DNA of 63,738 nucleotides, the filler included, from Octopus bimaculoides (taxonomy: Eukaryota), in assembly GCF_001194135.2 (NCBI RefSeq). It is 8 parts of 7 records of this genome, joined end to end, with 100 filler letters (N's around TTAATTAATTAA, not from the genome) between each part and the next. Parts side by side here need not be neighbours in the genome. Positions count along the whole stretch, not along the records: positions 51,381 to 61,681 come from NC_068986.1; positions 61,782 to 63,738 come from NC_068993.1; 6 more parts are not named here. The stretch is one strand, 5' to 3'. Below, one piece after another: positions 59,275-63,738 of this stretch; the stretch's first letter is position 1; the number at the start of each line of letters is the position of its first letter. Under the pieces are notes generated by a model, which was not told where the DNA came from, ran no database searches, and saw only the letters and a list, made by a program, of their open reading frames with translations. A program made the position numbers and the translations under genes.

Positions 59275-59660
59275 TAGGCACAAAGCCAGAAATTTTGGTG
59301 GGGAGGGGGCCAGTCGATTAAATCGACCGCAGTACGGAACTGGTTCTTAATTTATCGACCCCGAAAGGATGTAAGGCAAAGTCGACCTCGGAGGAATTTG
59401 AACTCAGAACGTAAAGACAGACGAAATACCTATTTCTGTATTGCCCACAAGAGGCTAAACATAGAGGGGACAAACAAGGACAGACAAACGGATTAAGTCG
59501 ATTACATCGACCCAGTGCGTAACTGGTACTTAATTTATCGACCCCGAAAGGATGAAAGGCAAAGTCGACCTCGGCGGAATTTGAACTCAGAACGTAACGG
59601 CAGACGAAATACCGCTAAGCATTTCGCCCGGCGTGCTAACGTTTCTGCCAGCTCACCGAC
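59275..59660 (-). mobile_element. Two tandem or nested SINE family B copies with different 3' tails
   Basis: The body block occurs twice (59330-59430 and 59495-59610), each followed by a different tail. Confidence 0.85.
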
Positions 59661-59809
59661 TTATAAACTGTAATAAATCAAATCATAAATGGACGAAGTT
59701 TGATCATTCTGAATGTTTCCAGCATCAGAGTTGCTTCCCTTACTTGCTCAGCCAGCGACTAATCTAAGCCGACATTTTTTTTTAAGGCTTAGTTATTTCA
59801 ATCAACGAT

Positions 59810-60000
59810 CTGTGGCCATGCTGTAGCACAGACTTCTTGGGTTAGTCACGCAAACTGATCCCCAGTAGGTAACTTTCAGTCTGGTATTTATTTTCTCGTT
59901 TCTATTTGCCGAACCACGAAGTTACGGGGTACGTAATAAAACCAGCAGCGGCTGTCAAACGGTGGAGGGATAAATATAAACACAGAGAACACACAGATAC
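59810..60000 (-). mobile_element. Diverged SINE family A 3' part
   Basis: Similarity to family A. Confidence 0.7.
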
Positions 60001-61259
60001 GCACGAGCGCACACAGACACGCATGCGCGCACACAGACACGCACGCGCGCGCACACCTTACGTCTGGTCGCTCTCGATTGCTACTGGTAATATATGTAGC
60101 CCGGGTGCCCATATAGACTATGAGTGCGGGCTAGACACTGAGCTACGATGAAAGCAACGTGACGATTTCATCACCTATTCTTTTCTTTTTTCCGAGTTAC
60201 GTAAATCCCCTTTAAACATATTCTTGTTACGTAAAATCCCTTTTAAACATACACTGTTATATCCCTGTCTAACAAATAACGACTTCGGTATAGTTAAATA
60301 AGGGGATTTTGTGGGGCGGTTATTCTGTAAAATTTTCGACAGGGCTTCGAGTGACTAGAGATACCGATATAGCGAAGTGGTTGGGGAGGGGGGAAAAGGG
60401 GGCATATGGTCTATTACCAAAACTGTAGAAAGACCTAATCGACGGCTTTGGATAAAGAATGCAGGCCTGCACTCTGGTCGCTGCTAGGATACAATGTGGG
60501 ACTTAATCAAACCATGACTGGGTCTACTGAGCGAAGGGGTTTGATGTAGAAAGCTTGAAACCCCCTACGACTCTAGGAATATCACCGATGAAGCATTCCA
60601 GAGCATTTGTGAAGTGTATCTTGGACCTATAAAGACAAAATGGTTTGAAATATTGTCACAAGGCCAACGACTTTTTAGGAGAGGGGTATTTTCAATTACA
60701 TCGACATCAGAACTTGGCTGGTATTTAATTTTTATCGGCCCATAAAAGATAAATTTCAAAACAGATCTCTTAGGAATTTCAAATGAGAATTTAAAGAGTC
60801 CGAAGGAATGCCGTTAAGCATTTTGGGTGCGGTCTACCACGGTGTCAAACAGTATAGCCAGGGTTATCTACCTTAAAAACAACTCGTTATCACCTCATCT
60901 TTCCCCTTTCTATTTCTTCTGGAAGACGATGAGGAAAGACTCAGATGTTTATTTGTATCGTTCCTTAATGACATAAGTGTTTATCGTTAAAATGTATTTA
61001 ATAATCGTTAAAATGTATTTAAAGAAATGTTTATCGTTAAAATGGATTGTCTTGCTTTATGTGAGTAATTTTTTTATCATATAAAATAATATAAGATTCA
61101 ATTTTTCTTATTTGTGTAACTCCTTTATAATGTCCGAAGTGTTTTATGTCTGAAATATCTGAAAGATAAGGGTAGATAACTCTGGCTTAAACAGTAATAG
61201 ACCGCATACTAGACTGACACCGCGTTTTGTTCGTCACGCTAATAATACTTTTTTTACCA

Positions 61260-61460
61260 TAGGTACAAGGCCTGAAATTTGCGGGAAAATGGCTAGTCGA
61301 TTACATCAATCCGAGTACTTGATAAGTATTTATTTCATCGACTCCGAAAGGATGAAGTGCAAAGTCAACCTCGGAGCAATTCGCACTCAGAACAAAAGCC
61401 GGAAGAAGAGCTGTTTAACATTTTTTTCCGGCGTACTAACAATTCTGCCAGCTCACCGGC
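61260..61460 (-). mobile_element. SINE family B (a more degenerate copy lies at about 60645-60830)
   Basis: Similarity to family B. Confidence 0.8.
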
Positions 61461-61681
61461 AAAAAAAAAAAAAAAAATAGTGAGCAAGGGAGGCAACTTG
61501 TAGCGTTTTTGAGATTTGTCTTTCTTGCTATGAATCTTTCGATTATTTCTTTCTGGCCTTGGAGTAACTAGATTACCGATATAAGAATATTGGTGAAAAA
61601 CATCGCTTTCAACGCCATGTCACGCTTAGCAAGATCATAAAGCATGGCCTACATGCCACAGACTTCCCTTTTCAACTCGAG

Positions 61682-61781
61682 NNNNNNNNNNNNNNNNNNN
61701 NNNNNNNNNNNNNNNNNNNNNNNNNTTAATTAATTAANNNNNNNNNNNNNNNNNNNNNNNNNNNNNNNNNNNNNNNNNNNN
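61682..61781. other. Artificial scaffold linker
   Basis: 44 N + TTAATTAATTAA + 44 N. Confidence 0.95.
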
Positions 61782-62075
61782 GAAAAATACGGAGATTATG
61801 ATCCTGAAAAAAATTTCAAAACATTTCTGTAGTTACGGTTAGGAATAGAGTTTTAGGTTTAGGGCTAGGGTTAGGGTTTTATGGTTAGGGTTAAGGTTTT
61901 AGGGTTAGGGTTAGAGTTAGTGTTGGGGAAAAAGTCAAAACTTAAGAATTTGGGAGGGGGAAAGGAGGAATTTCACAATGCCGATTTTTGACAATTTCCC
62001 GGAACCTCCGTATCCGAAAACGGGGTTAGAGTTAGGGTTAGGGACAAAATGGCGGGGACGGGCGGAAGTCTTTCC
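61782..62075. mobile_element. Non-autonomous element with degenerate TTAGGG arrays, short internal IR and terminal hairpin (Helentron/HINE-like, tentative)
   Basis: atacggag / ctccgtat IR, ttagggttaggg arrays and a cggaagtctttccg hairpin. Confidence 0.45.
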
Positions 62076-62084
62076 GAAACACAC

Positions 62085-62880
62085 TATATTTACACACTTC
62101 AACGCAAAGTTATAAAAGTATTAGTGGATAGTACTTCCGTACTGTATAACTATAAAAGTCCTCATAAAACAAAAAGACGATTGATCGTGGAAGCTATATT
62201 CATATCTCAACACAATGCTAAATAAACACTCCAACACACTTCAAAAAATTAACATTTAACTACCGATATGGAAGTTTAAAGGTCAAAACTCTTCTGGTGA
62301 TAAAGTCTATAAAAATTGGACCAGTATATTAGAAGCAACACAAAAGCCAAATCTATTTCCTTTCCTTCTGAGATAAGTCTCTGAAGATTTAAAAACGTTG
62401 AATCGTAACCAGACTTGGAAAGAAAAGGAAAGCAGGTTCTCCAGGTGATTTCAACTTCGTTTCTCTCACATCCCAAGCGACTACCTTAATGGATATAAGG
62501 TGTCCTGTTATCTTCTGGCAAATTAGAATTATAAGTTTGTTATCAATTTGTTATTATATATGTGTATACACGTGAACACACACATATACACCTAGCTCTT
62601 CGAAACGCCAGTGTTTTAATGGTGGCAGCTGATGAAGGATATGTCCTCTATATGGCCTGCTTGTTTTTTGCAACTTGTTTATCATTTTGTCCATGTTTTT
62701 TTGCAACGTCATGTACCCAGATATGTATCTATATGTACATGTAGATGAAGGTATGTACATACATGTACATATATATGCATATACTCATATATTGTTTTTC
62801 CCAGAAACAGCTGTAAGACTCTATCCATAAAATATTTCTCCAACCTTACCTTTGCTCTCTTTATCTTTTTATTTTTATAT
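62085..62880 (+). mobile_element. Penelope-like element 3' end (GIY-YIG C-terminus + pLTR) with decayed hammerhead remnants
   Basis: KRRLIVEAIFISQHN* resembles the PLE GIY-YIG C-terminal helix. gtct-ctgaa-gatttaa..ttgaatc-gtaa..agac at 62372-62415 and GAAA-cagctg-T-A-agac at 62803-62820. Confidence 0.55.
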
Positions 62881-62931
62881 ATTGACATATACACACGCTA
62901 ATACACGACTTATAATCCCCANNNNNNNNNN

Positions 62932-63030
62932 TAGAAGACACTTGCCCAAGGTGCCACGCAGTAGGACTGAACCCAGAACTACGTTGTTGGGAAGCAAGCT
63001 TCTTACCACAGAGCCACGCCTGCGCCTCTG
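62932..63030 (-). mobile_element. SINE family A head
   Basis: Similarity to family A. Confidence 0.85.
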
Positions 63031-63471
63031 TATGTGTGTGTGTGCATTCCTATAGCGTTTGTATTTCTGTAAACAGATGTACACACGCATGCATATTTGC
63101 TGACAAAACTGTATTCTACAATAATTGTCAGCGTGGTAGGTAAGGGTGTGAGCCTTTTTTCTTATTATTATCGTAAATTAAACCGGATGCCTTTAGATCC
63201 AGAACAAACGGCTTGTTTTTAACTTCCTTCATTAGAATTCCCGCGTAAGCAACACCATTTCCCCCGGCACTTCTTGTATGAAACCAATTCTTCCTTACTC
63301 CACCCTTTTCGCCTCACCGCAGTGTGTACGTCTCTGTGTCTACATGCGTATCACTGTGTTTGTGTTAATGTGTGCATCTCTTGTATGGCGCGACTGCGGT
63401 GACAACTTTTCAACAACGAACTCATTAAACCAACGAGAAAGTCTCTATGCGGTTACTCACACCCTATTGTT

Positions 63472-63500
63472 AGAAAGAAAGAAAGAAAGAAAGAAAGGAA

Positions 63501-63598
<98 letters not shown>

Positions 63599-63608
63599 AA
63601 GAAAGAAA
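63472..63608. repeat. (AAAG)n/(AG)n microsatellite
   Basis: Direct reading. Confidence 0.95.
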
Positions 63609-63738
63609 GGTCATAACGGGTAATGAAGTGTTGGGTAGCATTCAAGGACTAGAAAACAATCTGTGATGGTCATATCTGGAACGTCTTTGACGATAAATGT
63701 ACTCGGGAATAAACTGGAAGTCAAGAACAGTTATTAAA

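Overview
AT-rich, microsatellite-dense animal genomic DNA. The SINE, LINE and Penelope families point to an Octopus genome (inference from recognising the repeat families). Seven identical 100-bp linkers (44 N + TTAATTAATTAA + 44 N) split the window into eight segments that are probably unrelated scaffolds, so linkage across them cannot be trusted. Most of the sequence is decayed mobile DNA: tRNA-derived SINEs of several families, RTE and L1/Tx1 LINE pieces, Penelope-like elements (two Naiad-type RT fragments, one Neptune-type GIY-YIG fragment, several pLTR remnants), Tc1/mariner, pogo/Tigger and Buster-type hAT remnants, TTAGGG-containing MITEs and a possible Helitron end. Only two host coding exons are supportable: a six-Cys SRCR-domain exon (48858-49189, +) and a candidate signal-peptide first exon (28970-29063, -). 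The most notable signal is a set of minimal type I hammerhead ribozyme motifs at Penelope-type 3' ends. It includes a G3-C8 compensatory core variant (53647-53693) and a repeated A6U core variant (30072-30107, 39388-39423). Most of these ends abut (TA)n/(CA)n microsatellites, and several have short inverted duplications beside them. No rRNA, true tRNA gene or CRISPR array was seen.
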